Below are positions 1 through 8,962 of a stretch of 16,291 nucleotides of DNA, in pieces. Made by a program: the position numbers and the translations under genes. The notes under the pieces are model-generated. The model had not been told where the DNA came from. It did no database searches and saw only the letters and a program-made list of their open reading frames with translations. The stretch is taken from positions 1-16,291 of the forward strand of contig JBGCFM010000283.1 in assembly GCA_045106895.1 (NCBI GenBank), written 5' to 3'. Position 1 is the stretch's first letter, and each line of letters opens with the position of its first letter. This DNA comes from Polyangiales bacterium (GTDB lineage: Bacteria > Myxococcota_A > Polyangia > Polyangiales > Houyiibacteriaceae).

Positions 1-1
1 C

Positions 2-1564
2 GAGCACTTCGACCTCATCGTTGTCGGTGGCGGACCCGCCGGGAGCGCCGCCGCCGCCGTCGCTGCCCGAGGCGGCGCCCGAGTCTTGCTCCTCGAAGCG
101 GCAAAACACCCTCGCCCGAAGGTCGGCGAGAGCCTTCTGCCTGGGATTGTGCCGGTGCTGGACGCGATGGGCTGCCTCGAGGAGGTGGAAGCCGCCGGCT
201 TTCAGCCCAAGACCGGCGCGACGCATTGGGGGTTCGGCCCAGGGCCGTGGGACCTCTGGCTCCGCGACACGGACGAATTCGAGGGTTCCTGGTTCGTGGA
301 TCGCGCCCGATTCGACTCCATTCTCTTCGAGGCAGCGAAGGACGCCGGCGCGGACGTTCGAGAAGAAGCGCCTGTCATGGAGACACTCGAGGAACGCGGC
401 CGTGTCGTCGGCGTCCGCTTCCGCGGCGGCGAAGCGCGCGCTCGATTCGTTTTGGACGCTAGCGGAAGTGCCGCAAAGGTCGCGGGCTTACGGAGCAAGC
501 GCAGGAACATCGAAGGGCTGCGCCATCGCGCGCACTACGCACAGTGGAAGAGCCGCGGGCGCCTCCCTGCGCCGCGAACAGAGCAGGGGCTCTTTGTCGG
601 CCTCGACACGGCGTGGGCGTGGTGCTTTCCCGTGGGGGACAATCTCCGCTCCGTGGGCCTCGTTGAACTCGAGGAGTCACCGCCCCTCGACTACGAGAGC
701 GTCATCCGCGCGTCGCCCTTGGCGAAGGTTCTGGGCGAGGACGCCGAGCTCGTTGGCGCTGTTCGGCACGCGAGGGACTGGAGCTACCGCAGCGAGCCCG
801 TCGCCGGAGCCGGCTGGCTCGCCGCCGGCGACGCCGCCGGATTCATCGACCCCGTTCTCTCCACGGGGGTGCTCTTGGCGATGCACTCCGGATGGCACGC
901 CGCACGGTGTGTTCTTCAGGTGCTCAGCGGCGACATGAGCGAGGAAGAAGCGACGAGCACCTACGCCTCCCACCACAGCGAGATGTTCGGCGACTTGCTG
1001 CGCATCGTGCGCTTCTACTACCAACAAAACCAAGACCGTGATGCCGTCTTCTGGGAGTCAAAGAAGATCCTTACGGAGCGCTTCGAGCTCAAACCACAGA
1101 AAGCGTTCATGATCCTCACCAGCGGACTCGTGCGCAACCTCGCGTTCGGCGAGTCGAAAGCGCGGGCGACGAAGTCACGACTCGAGAGCGCCCTTGGCGG
1201 CGGCGCCGGGCTCCACGAACACGACCCAGACGAACTCGGCTTTGTCTGCGTTCACCTTGAGCACCATCCCGAGTCAGGCCCGAGCGCGCAGCTCTACTTG
1301 CTCATCGAACTCCGCAACAGTGCGGCACCTTCTCTTTTTCGAACGCCCTCCTTCGACATCAACTGCCTCGCGCCTCGCTACGACAACGACCCCATCTCGG
1401 TCCCGGAGCTCGAGACGCCCCTTCGCGCGCTGCATGAAGCGCTCACGGCGACGGACAACGGCGCTCCACTGGGCGCCTGGTGGCGCGCATCGCGCGGACG
1501 CGTGGCTGCCGCGCTGGACGAACTGCCGCCCTCAATTCAGGTGCGTCGCGTCTTCGGAGAGTAA
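2..1564 (+). CDS. Flavin-dependent halogenase-family FAD-dependent oxidoreductase, 5' end outside the window
   Basis: The frame of ORF 86..1564 is open back to base 2 and reads EHFDLIVVGGGPAGSAAAAVAARGGARVLLLE (GxGxxG at 26..43). It also has PRPKVGESLLPG, GFQPKTG (candidate catalytic Lys at 209..211), WAWCFP (WxWxIP-like, 614..631) and GDAAGFIDPVLSTG, followed by a C-terminal extension of about 130 aa. Confidence 0.85.
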   Translation, partial: EHFDLIVVGGGPAGSAAAAVAARGGARVLLLEAAKHPRPKVGESLLPGIVPVLDAMGCLEEVEAAGFQPKTGATHWGFGPGPWDLWLRDTDEFEGSWFVDRARFDSILFEAAKDAGADVREEAPVMETLEERGRVVGVRFRGGEARARFVLDASGSAAKVAGLRSKRRNIEGLRHRAHYAQWKSRGRLPAPRTEQGLFVGLDTAWAWCFPVGDNLRSVGLVELEESPPLDYESVIRASPLAKVLGEDAELVGAVRHARDWSYRSEPVAGAGWLAAGDAAGFIDPVLSTGVLLAMHSGWHAARCVLQVLSGDMSEEEATSTYASHHSEMFGDLLRIVRFYYQQNQDRDAVFWESKKILTERFELKPQKAFMILTSGLVRNLAFGESKARATKSRLESALGGGAGLHEHDPDELGFVCVHLEHHPESGPSAQLYLLIELRNSAAPSLFRTPSFDINCLAPRYDNDPISVPELETPLRALHEALTATDNGAPLGAWWRASRGRVAAALDELPPSIQVRRVFGE

Positions 1565-3328
1565 CTAGGCGGTGAAAGGCCGGAGCTCGTCGTGGCCGTG
1601 GAGCTCCAAGTAGGTGCGGCGCAATCCAAAGCAGCGGTCTCGTGCGTGGCAGCCCTCACACGGCGGGGGATAGCGCATCTCTCCGCCACTCAGGTCGGCG
1701 GGCGCCTCCGCCAGCGCCGTGAGGTCTTCGGCGTATGTCGCTGGGATCAGGCACAGAGGCACGCCACAGAGCGAATCGAGGCCGAGGACGCGGAGGCCGT
1801 GGCGGCCTGCGCGCCTCAAGCCCTCGGCCAGGTGGGGAAGGACATCTGCGTAGCGCGGCACGAGGGCACGAGGGACGAGGTCCGTCGACGCCGCCACAAA
1901 ACTCGGAACGAGGATGGCCTCCGGGAAGTTCTCATGGACCCAGTCGACGTGCTCCGGAAACGCCGCAGCGTTCTCGCCGTGAAGGACGTAGTTGAGCCGC
2001 AAGAGCACCCCCGCGTCCCCGAGGGCGCGCATGCCGACAACCGTCTTGTCAAAGGTCCCCGGCGCGCCGGTGATGCCGTCCGAGAGCGACGCGTTGGGCG
2101 CGTGAAGGGAGACGAAGGCCCAGTCGACACCCGCGCCTGCAAGCTTTCGGGCGAACGAATCGTCGATGTTCGTAGCGTTCGTTTGAAGGTCGATATGTGG
2201 GGCGCCGCCAGCCTGCGCGCGTCGCACAAAGTCGAGAAGATAGGGCGAGAGCGTGGGCTCACCGCCGCTGAGGACAATGATTCGCCCCTCCGCGGCGGCC
2301 TCGTCAATGAGCGCTTCGATGGCACTCGGCGCGACCTCCGGAAGGTGCGTGGAGACGAAACAGAAATCGCAGCGCTGATTGCACGCGAAGTGAACGCGGA
2401 TGATCTTGGCGGCGTGAGCGACACCTTGGTCATCGCGAAAGACGTCATCTTGCGCGAGCTCACGCTCCGTCTGTGTGCGCACGTCATCGATCATAGACAG
2501 GCGCCGACGAACGTTCTCGCTCTTGATGGGTCGCGCTTGAAAATCGAGAGGCGCCGGAACTCCCGGGCAGCGCTCACGAAGGCGGCACGGGGAACAGGCC
2601 TCCTGACGCTCCATGCCTGAGCGCTCAGCGCCCCCCGGCGTAAGCGCGTAGAGCGACGCAAAACGCGCCGGTTGTGGAAAGATGCAAGGCGGCACGAAGG
2701 AGCTCGGCGAGAGCTTGAGAGACAAGGTGCCGCAGTGAGCGCGGAAGTCCGCAAGCGCCTGGGCGAGCTCCGCGGCCGAAAGCAGCTCGCTCTTGTCCGG
2801 CGATTGAAGAACGGGGACGAGGAGAACGCGCTCCACGAGCTCGGCGAGTTTCCCGGCGAGCATAGGGAGGTGGGCTCGGTTGCTCGCCACGAGCGGAACT
2901 GAGGCCTCGACTTCCACGCCCGCAGCCTGGAGCGCTCGCACGCCGCGCTCTGCGGCCACGAACCCACCTGGGTCACGAGTGACGGCGTCACACGCGTCTC
3001 CCCAGGCCGGAAAGTGCACGCGCGCGACGCTGAGTCCCGCCGCGGCGAGCGAGCGGGCGCGCGCTTCGGTGATCAGCGCCGCGTTGGTCTCCAGCACCAC
3101 CCGCACGCCGCCGGCGCTGGCGGCGCGGACAAGGGAGTCCAGGTCGCCGCGCATCGTCGGCTCGCCGCCGGTCAGTACAATCTCTTTCGGCGAGGCGAGG
3201 AGCGCGTCTTCGATATGAGCCGCCGCTTTCCCAAAGACCGCCGCGGACTCCTGGCTGCGGCGAGCGGTGCAAAACGAGCACCCCTGGTTGCAGCGCTCCG
3301 CCATGAGCACTCGCAGCGTGGTGCTCAT
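1565..3328 (-). CDS. Tandem two-domain radical SAM protein (HxsC-like domains), 587 aa
   Basis: Two CxxxCxxC motifs (CNQGCSFC, CNQRCDFC), each followed by GGEPT and a PxC...CxxCxxxxxC auxiliary motif (PPC...CSPCRLRERC; PLC...CEGCHARDRC). Its ATG overlaps the upstream TGA (ATGA at 3325..3328). Confidence 0.92.
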   Translation of the reverse strand: MSTTLRVLMAERCNQGCSFCTARRSQESAAVFGKAAAHIEDALLASPKEIVLTGGEPTMRGDLDSLVRAASAGGVRVVLETNAALITEARARSLAAAGLSVARVHFPAWGDACDAVTRDPGGFVAAERGVRALQAAGVEVEASVPLVASNRAHLPMLAGKLAELVERVLLVPVLQSPDKSELLSAAELAQALADFRAHCGTLSLKLSPSSFVPPCIFPQPARFASLYALTPGGAERSGMERQEACSPCRLRERCPGVPAPLDFQARPIKSENVRRRLSMIDDVRTQTERELAQDDVFRDDQGVAHAAKIIRVHFACNQRCDFCFVSTHLPEVAPSAIEALIDEAAAEGRIIVLSGGEPTLSPYLLDFVRRAQAGGAPHIDLQTNATNIDDSFARKLAGAGVDWAFVSLHAPNASLSDGITGAPGTFDKTVVGMRALGDAGVLLRLNYVLHGENAAAFPEHVDWVHENFPEAILVPSFVAASTDLVPRALVPRYADVLPHLAEGLRRAGRHGLRVLGLDSLCGVPLCLIPATYAEDLTALAEAPADLSGGEMRYPPPCEGCHARDRCFGLRRTYLELHGHDELRPFTA

Positions 3329-5103
3329 TCGGAGGCTTCGGCGGGTCGCGTATCTTCGATGGGCTGCATCATGTCAAAGCCGTGGCTTCGCACATGGCTC
3401 ACATGCATGCCTTCGCAGTCGCTGGCGAAAACGCAGGTCTCGCAACGCAGGGACTTCGTCCGGTATCGGGACTCGATGTAACGGCGGATGAAACGAAACG
3501 CCTCGAGCTTTCCGTCCGCTTCGAGCATGGCCGCGTCCATGGTGTTTGCCTCAGCCTCGAACGCCGCTCCGGCAACGCAGCGCGGGAGTCCACGGATTGG
3601 AGCCTTGGCGCCAAACTCCGCAAAGAAAGGCCCCAGCTCCACGTCGTGGTCGCGGGCATCTGTGGCGCGCTCCCAGGTCGGCTGAAAGAGCGCCAGTCGC
3701 TTGAGCTCCGGGGCATCGGCGGCCAGAGACAAGAGCCACGGCGCGGTCTCTTTGGTCAACGCGAGACCCACCCGAAAGCTCTCGTCCATCGCCAGAAGAT
3801 GCTGCGCCGCCTCGGCGCGAAACACATCGACTCGCACGATGTTCTTGCCGGCATTCAGTCGCGCGTGCTGCTCGGCAAACTCCGAGACCTCTTTCAGCTC
3901 GAACTCGAGTTCGCCGCCATCGCCGAGGGAGTCGGAGTACGTCTCCACGTGGGCCCACGCTGCGGCGAGGTCAGGCGCCACGACACGAAGACGCGTCGCG
4001 CCGGCGCTCTTCAAGAGCGCGCTGGGCGCTTGATATTGAAGCTTCACCATGGGCAGGCGACGCTTCTTCGCGCTCGCCGGGTCCCCGCCATACACCGGCG
4101 CTTGCTGGCCTTCCCACTCGGCGTCCACGCGGAGCACTTCGAACTCCGGCGCGAGGAGAGTCTTCTGCGTCGCCTCGAAGGTGTCGCAGACGTGCTCCAG
4201 GTAACAGTGTTTGCACCGACGCGGATCGCGACAGTCGAGGGCCTCGCCGGTCTCGATCCACCGGGCGTATTCCTCTTTGCGCCCGCGAATCTCGTCGTTG
4301 AGCTTGTACGGGTCTTGGATGAGGGTGTGGAAGCCCTCGAGGTGCTCAACGGGAAAACGGTTGAGCCAGATGTGAACGTCCTCGCGTTTGGCCCAGCTGA
4401 ACGCCGCCACCAGATGCTCACGCGCGTCCTTGAGGTCGTAGAAGAGGACCTCTTTGCCGTCTCGCCACGCGTTGCCAAAAGGGATGACGTGCAGCAGGTC
4501 GAACTCTTTGACGCCCTTGGCGTAGAGTCCTTCGATCATCGCCGGGAGGTGTTTGACGTTGCCGCGATTCACGCAGATGTCGACGTTGATGATGGGACGG
4601 CCGTCGGCGAAGGCGTTCTCCAGGCCCTGGATCTCTTCTTCGTACGCGCCCTTCACGCCGACGAGGGCGTCGTGCACCTTGGCGTTCGGCCCATGAATGG
4701 AGAAGGTGATCTCCTGAAGCCCTTCGTCGAGGCACTTCGTTAGGAAGGGCTCGTACTTGAACATTCGGCCATTCGTGACGGTCTGTACGCGCTCGTATCC
4801 GGCGAGTCGTCCGAGGCGGACAAAGTCGGCAAAACGCGGATGAATCGTCGGCTCACCGCCGGAAAGGATGAGACGCTCTGCGCCCTTTCGCCGCCCATCG
4901 AGGATCTGCGCTTTGACCTCGTTCGGGTCGCGGTTGGTGCCATCGTGGGCGTCGCTGTCGAGGCAGAAGATGCAGCGGTCGTTGCAATCGAAGGTGAGGC
5001 GGACCCAGTTGCGCTTCTGGTGCGCGGCCGCTTCGTGCTCGTCGACTTTTGTATCGGCCCACGAGCCTCCATCCGCCAAAGCGCGCTGTTCTTCCGTGAG
5101 CAT
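3325..5103 (-). CDS. Radical SAM protein with a degenerate C-terminal second domain, 592 aa
   Basis: CNDRCIFC, SGGEPTIHP and VTNGR, then an internal CRDPRRCKHCYLEHVC. The C-terminal half lacks CxxxCxxC but ends in LPRC...CETCVFASDCEG. Confidence 0.92.
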   Translation of the reverse strand: MLTEEQRALADGGSWADTKVDEHEAAAHQKRNWVRLTFDCNDRCIFCLDSDAHDGTNRDPNEVKAQILDGRRKGAERLILSGGEPTIHPRFADFVRLGRLAGYERVQTVTNGRMFKYEPFLTKCLDEGLQEITFSIHGPNAKVHDALVGVKGAYEEEIQGLENAFADGRPIINVDICVNRGNVKHLPAMIEGLYAKGVKEFDLLHVIPFGNAWRDGKEVLFYDLKDAREHLVAAFSWAKREDVHIWLNRFPVEHLEGFHTLIQDPYKLNDEIRGRKEEYARWIETGEALDCRDPRRCKHCYLEHVCDTFEATQKTLLAPEFEVLRVDAEWEGQQAPVYGGDPASAKKRRLPMVKLQYQAPSALLKSAGATRLRVVAPDLAAAWAHVETYSDSLGDGGELEFELKEVSEFAEQHARLNAGKNIVRVDVFRAEAAQHLLAMDESFRVGLALTKETAPWLLSLAADAPELKRLALFQPTWERATDARDHDVELGPFFAEFGAKAPIRGLPRCVAGAAFEAEANTMDAAMLEADGKLEAFRFIRRYIESRYRTKSLRCETCVFASDCEGMHVSHVRSHGFDMMQPIEDTRPAEASE

Positions 5104-5110
5104 GGCCGGC

Positions 5111-5119
5111 AGGTTAGCA
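5111..5119 (-). promoter_or_regulatory. Putative extended -10 element (TGC-TAACCT) for the leftward rSAM operon, probably leaderless
   Basis: The minus strand reads AAGC TGCTAACCT gccggcc ATG: a TGn-TAnnnT box 7 nt before the start at 5103, with no Shine-Dalgarno in between. Confidence 0.55.
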
Positions 5120-5180
5120 GCTTGGACGTCGGCGTGGGCCTCCCCGTGGGAAATTGCATCCAGCCCCCTTCCCCCGAAGC

Positions 5181-5189
5181 TGCTATCCT
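5181..5189 (+). promoter_or_regulatory. Putative extended -10 element (TGC-TATCCT) for the rightward rSAM operon, leaderless or near-leaderless
   Basis: The plus strand reads AAGC TGCTATCCT cctcacct ATG: the box lies 8 nt before the ATG at 5198, with no Shine-Dalgarno. Confidence 0.55.
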
Positions 5190-5197
5190 CCTCACCT

Positions 5198-7489
5198 ATG
5201 CGCGTGCTGGTGCTCCATCCCTCGATGACCGTCGCGCGGGACTTTATCGACTATCCCTACCTCGCCAACCTCGGCGGCGCGCAGCTCGCGGGCGCTCTTC
5301 GCGCCGGCTCGGCCTCAAATGACCTCGAGCTGGTCTACGTCGACGCGTTTGCCCTCGCGTCGTCCACGGCGGCCTGGCAGCAAGACGGGCGCTTGCTCGT
5401 CGGCGCGCCAGTCGAGGACGTAGTCGCGGAGATTCACGGAAACTTCGACGCCGCCATCGTCGTCACAACGCCCTTTCATCGGCCCGGCACACGGGACGCG
5501 CTCCTTGCTGAGTTCATCACCGAGCTCCGGGGCTGCACGTCTTATCTCGTCTTGGCCGATGCCTACCAATCGGGTCAGCACTACGTCGAAGCCGACGTCC
5601 TCGCCGCGTACCCGGAAGCCGACGCCTGGATCAAGTACGAGGCAGAAGGCTCCGTCGACGAAGTTCTGCGAGACCAGCCCCGCGGAATTATCCTTGGGAA
5701 GCGTGCAGACCTTTCGACGCTCCCGCTGCCCGCTTGGGATCTGATCTCCACATCGGCGCTCTGGCAGTTTCACCGGCGCTTCGAAGAGGCCGTGGCGCGA
5801 CCCGCCTGGGCGTTCCCCATCGGAGAAAACGCGCTGCCGATGGTGACGAGCCGCGGCTGTCCTTTTCGGTGCATTCATTGTTCAAGCAACCCAGACCTGC
5901 GGCCCGGCGAAGCAAAGACGCAGCGTCGCTTCGCGAAGGACGCGCTCCACGCCCGCGTTCAGCAGGCGTCAGAACTCGGCGCCAGAACGCTTCAGGTCCT
6001 CGATGAGCTGATCAACGTCCGGCAGTCCCATTTCGACGCGTTCCTCGACGCCATCGAGGCGGCAGATTCGTCGCTGCGTTTCGAGGTCCCCAACGGGTTT
6101 CGCGCAGACTATCTGACTCCGGCGCACTTCGCGCGCATGCGTGGACGATGCACCACCGTCAGCGTGAGCGCCGAGAGCGGCAGCGCACGCGTCGTCGCCG
6201 AGGTCGTGGATAAGCAGCTGGACCTCGGCGCCATCGAAGCCGCCGCCGAGAGCGCCCAGCGCGCGGGGATGCCGCTCCTCGTCCACTACATGATCGGGCT
6301 GCCAGGCGAGACCGCCGCGGAGGTCAACGAGACTCTCGCCTTTGCCGCGGACCTCTCGGACCGCTTCGACGCCATCCCCGCCGTTCAGTTCGCCACGCCT
6401 CTTCCTGGCACAGAGATGGCCCGTCGCCTCCCGGTGCTCAAGAACGCGCCCGCCGACGGAGACTGGGGCCCCCGTTTTCAGATGGGGCCCTCCCACGGCG
6501 CTCTCGATCGCGAGACCCTTGCGACGTTCAAGCGGGTCTTCGACCGCCGAATGGACATCGCCGGCGGCCCAACCAAGCTCATCATGAACGTCACCTACGT
6601 GTGCAACAATCACTGCACATTCTGCGCGGTGGGCACACGCACGCAGGTCGACGGACACCCCACAAGGCAGCGGGAGATCCTCGACAAATACCGGCGCCAC
6701 GGGGTGCACCTCGTCGACTTTGACGGCGGCGAACCCACGCTCAACCCTGAGCTTGTCAGCCTCGTGCGTTACGCGCGACGCGTGGGTTACGAGCGCGTAA
6801 ACGTCACGAGCAACGGGCGTCTATTGGCGTACGAAGACTTCGCCAAGAAGCTCGTTCAGAGCGGACTCACCAGCCTTCTCTTCAGCGTCCACGGACCCGA
6901 CCTCAAAAGCCACGCGCGTGAAGTCGGTGTCGCCGAAGCCTTCGACCAGACAGTCCAAGGCATCAAGTACGCCGTCAAACATGCGCCGCCCAACGTCGAG
7001 CTGGGCATGAACGTGACGCTAACGAAGACGAACTACAAGAGGCTCGACGAGCTCGCCGCCTTCGGCTTTGACCTCGGTCTTCCGTGGTTGAACATTCAGT
7101 TTCTGACGCCCTTTGGCCGGGCCACCACGGATGTCGCGCCGGACACGGAAGAGGCCGCAGCGATCACCGCAGCGGTCATCGACAAGTGGAAGGACCGGAT
7201 GAAGTTCCAGGTGATCAACCTGCCTTGGTGCTACCTGCCGGATCACGAGGAGTTTCTCGTGGGCGATAGCCTCAAGCTTGGGCGACACATGGTCTTCGTG
7301 AACAACGAGACAGTGAACCTCGCGGAGTATCTCGCGGAACGCCGGCAGAAGAAACCCGTATGCGAGTCCTGCGCCTATGGCGTCTTCTGCGGCGGTTTCT
7401 ACCAGCTCGAGGATGTGCCGGAACCCGAGTGGGTGGTATCGCCGGAATCGCTCACGAAGAAGATCCGGCCCGAACTCGACGTCCGATAA
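5198..7489 (+). CDS. Cobalamin-binding-type (class B-like) radical SAM fused to a second HxsC-like radical SAM domain, 763 aa
   Basis: Start moved from 4868 to the ATG at 5198 because the longer ORF overlaps the divergent gene. The N-terminus (MRVLVLHP...ANLGGAQLAGAL...YVDA) resembles B12-binding rSAMs. Module 1 has TSRGCPFRCIHC (Cys 5858..5881), ESGS, YMIGLPGET and PLPGT. Module 2 has CNNHCTFC (6602..6625), GGEPTL, SNGR and LPWC...CESCAYGVFCGGF. Confidence 0.9.
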   Translation: MRVLVLHPSMTVARDFIDYPYLANLGGAQLAGALRAGSASNDLELVYVDAFALASSTAAWQQDGRLLVGAPVEDVVAEIHGNFDAAIVVTTPFHRPGTRDALLAEFITELRGCTSYLVLADAYQSGQHYVEADVLAAYPEADAWIKYEAEGSVDEVLRDQPRGIILGKRADLSTLPLPAWDLISTSALWQFHRRFEEAVARPAWAFPIGENALPMVTSRGCPFRCIHCSSNPDLRPGEAKTQRRFAKDALHARVQQASELGARTLQVLDELINVRQSHFDAFLDAIEAADSSLRFEVPNGFRADYLTPAHFARMRGRCTTVSVSAESGSARVVAEVVDKQLDLGAIEAAAESAQRAGMPLLVHYMIGLPGETAAEVNETLAFAADLSDRFDAIPAVQFATPLPGTEMARRLPVLKNAPADGDWGPRFQMGPSHGALDRETLATFKRVFDRRMDIAGGPTKLIMNVTYVCNNHCTFCAVGTRTQVDGHPTRQREILDKYRRHGVHLVDFDGGEPTLNPELVSLVRYARRVGYERVNVTSNGRLLAYEDFAKKLVQSGLTSLLFSVHGPDLKSHAREVGVAEAFDQTVQGIKYAVKHAPPNVELGMNVTLTKTNYKRLDELAAFGFDLGLPWLNIQFLTPFGRATTDVAPDTEEAAAITAAVIDKWKDRMKFQVINLPWCYLPDHEEFLVGDSLKLGRHMVFVNNETVNLAEYLAERRQKKPVCESCAYGVFCGGFYQLEDVPEPEWVVSPESLTKKIRPELDVR

Positions 7490-7492
7490 AAC

Positions 7493-8416
7493 GTGACCCG
7501 CCTCCTCGACGTCGTGATGCACTACGAGTGCAACCTCGCTTGCGACTACTGCACGATCACGCCCGAAATGCGGACGCGTTCGCTCTCGGCTCAACAGATC
7601 GCTGCAGCGATGCAGCGGGCGCGGCGAGACGGAATCAGCGAGCTGAGCTTCACCGGCGGGGAGCCTACAATTCGCGGCGACCTGCTCCCGCTTATTCGCG
7701 CTGCGAAGAAGCTCGGCTTCATCGATATCAAGGTGCAGAGCAACGGGCTGCTCTTCACGCCAGCGAACGTAAAGCGCCTCCGAGATGCGGGGGTGACGCG
7801 ATTTCACGTGAGCGTGCACACGCATCTGAAGGAGCCCTACGAGCGCATGGTTCGAGGGGCCGCCTATGACGCGATGGAGGCGGGCCTTCGAGCGCTGGCC
7901 AACGCGGGGCTCAACCCCGTGGCGGACCTCATTATGAGCGACGAAACAGCCCCTCGTTTGGCCGGCGCCATCGAATGGCTCGCCGAGCGCGAGGTAAAAC
8001 GAGCCCGCCTATGGCTAATTTCGCTCACGGATGGCAACCGCGATCGCCTTCACTCGCTTCTGGCCCTCGATGCGCTGATGCCACATGTTTCTCGGGCATT
8101 TGAAGCCGCCGACGATCGCGGCGTTGACCTGAGAAGCCTTCATTTGCCGAACTGCATCTTGGGGAAATACGCCCAACACAGCGAAGACCCCGCGGCGGGC
8201 GGGGTTCGCCTCATAACCCCCGACGATGAACGTGATTTGGCCGACGCAAAGCTCACACCGGGGGCCTTTGTGCCCGCCTGCGAGGGCTGTCCAGACCGCC
8301 AAAGTTGCCGTGGCTTGCGGGCCGATTACCTCGAAGTCCACGGCGACGAAGCCGTCGCTCGCGCCCGCGGGAAAAACCCCGCTATCAATCCGACACGCCT
8401 ACGTGTACTAAGGTAA
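7493..8416 (+). CDS. Radical SAM protein (HxsC-like), 307 aa
   Basis: GTG start 3 nt after the upstream stop. Motifs CNLACDYC, FTGGEPTIR, QSNG and LPNC...CEGCPDRQSCRG. Confidence 0.92.
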   Translation: MTRLLDVVMHYECNLACDYCTITPEMRTRSLSAQQIAAAMQRARRDGISELSFTGGEPTIRGDLLPLIRAAKKLGFIDIKVQSNGLLFTPANVKRLRDAGVTRFHVSVHTHLKEPYERMVRGAAYDAMEAGLRALANAGLNPVADLIMSDETAPRLAGAIEWLAEREVKRARLWLISLTDGNRDRLHSLLALDALMPHVSRAFEAADDRGVDLRSLHLPNCILGKYAQHSEDPAAGGVRLITPDDERDLADAKLTPGAFVPACEGCPDRQSCRGLRADYLEVHGDEAVARARGKNPAINPTRLRVLR

Positions 8417-8418
8417 TC

Positions 8419-8907
8419 GTGATACGGCCCTACAGCCCTGAGGACGCCAGCGACGTTCTGCGCCTCAACGAAAGCAGCACTCCTGCCGTCGGCGTCATTG
8501 ACGCCGAACGTCTCGCCTTCTTTGCGAAGCACGCTTCCTGGTTTCAGGTCCTCGAGGTCGACGGACGCATCGAGGGCTTCATCATCCTCCTGGTGGAGAG
8601 CACCCGGGAGTACATGAGCCCGAACTTTCGGTGGTTCCTGAAACGTCACGAGCGCTTTGCGTACATCGACCGAATCGCTCTGGGCGAATCGGTTCGACGA
8701 AACGGTCATGGACGCCGACTCTACGAAGAAGCCGAGGCCTGGGTCCGCTCCAACTCGCGTGCGCTTATCTGCGCCGAAGTGAATACGGTTCCCGAGAACC
8801 CCGCGTCGCACCGCTTCCACCGGGCGACTGGGTTTCGCGAAGTCGCGCGCACGCGCCCGTACGGACCCGACAAAGAAGTCGCGATGTACGAAAAGTACCT
8901 CGACTAG
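8419..8907 (+). CDS. GNAT family N-acetyltransferase, 162 aa
   Basis: Likely GTG start at 8419, 2 nt after the rSAM stop, within ORF 8305..8907. YIDRIAL...RRNGHGRRLY (acetyl-CoA-binding motif A) and EVN...NPASHRFH..TGF. Confidence 0.85.
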   Translation: MIRPYSPEDASDVLRLNESSTPAVGVIDAERLAFFAKHASWFQVLEVDGRIEGFIILLVESTREYMSPNFRWFLKRHERFAYIDRIALGESVRRNGHGRRLYEEAEAWVRSNSRALICAEVNTVPENPASHRFHRATGFREVARTRPYGPDKEVAMYEKYLD

Positions 8908-8962
8908 CAGACGCACGAGCGGCCGGGATGCCGACGGCGCGTTGAACACGAAGGAAGAGGGC

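Noticed and set aside
21..938. 305-aa alternative-frame ORF
   Set aside because: Arg/Ser/Pro-rich off-frame reading within the halogenase gene.
1592..4743. Long plus-strand ORFs 1592..2620 and 3382..4743
   Set aside because: Antisense shadows of motif-bearing rSAM genes, common in high-GC DNA, with no recognisable motifs.
4868..5197. 110-aa N-terminal extension of the B12-type rSAM
   Set aside because: It overlaps the divergent rSAM gene and the promoter region, and family-like sequence starts at 5198.
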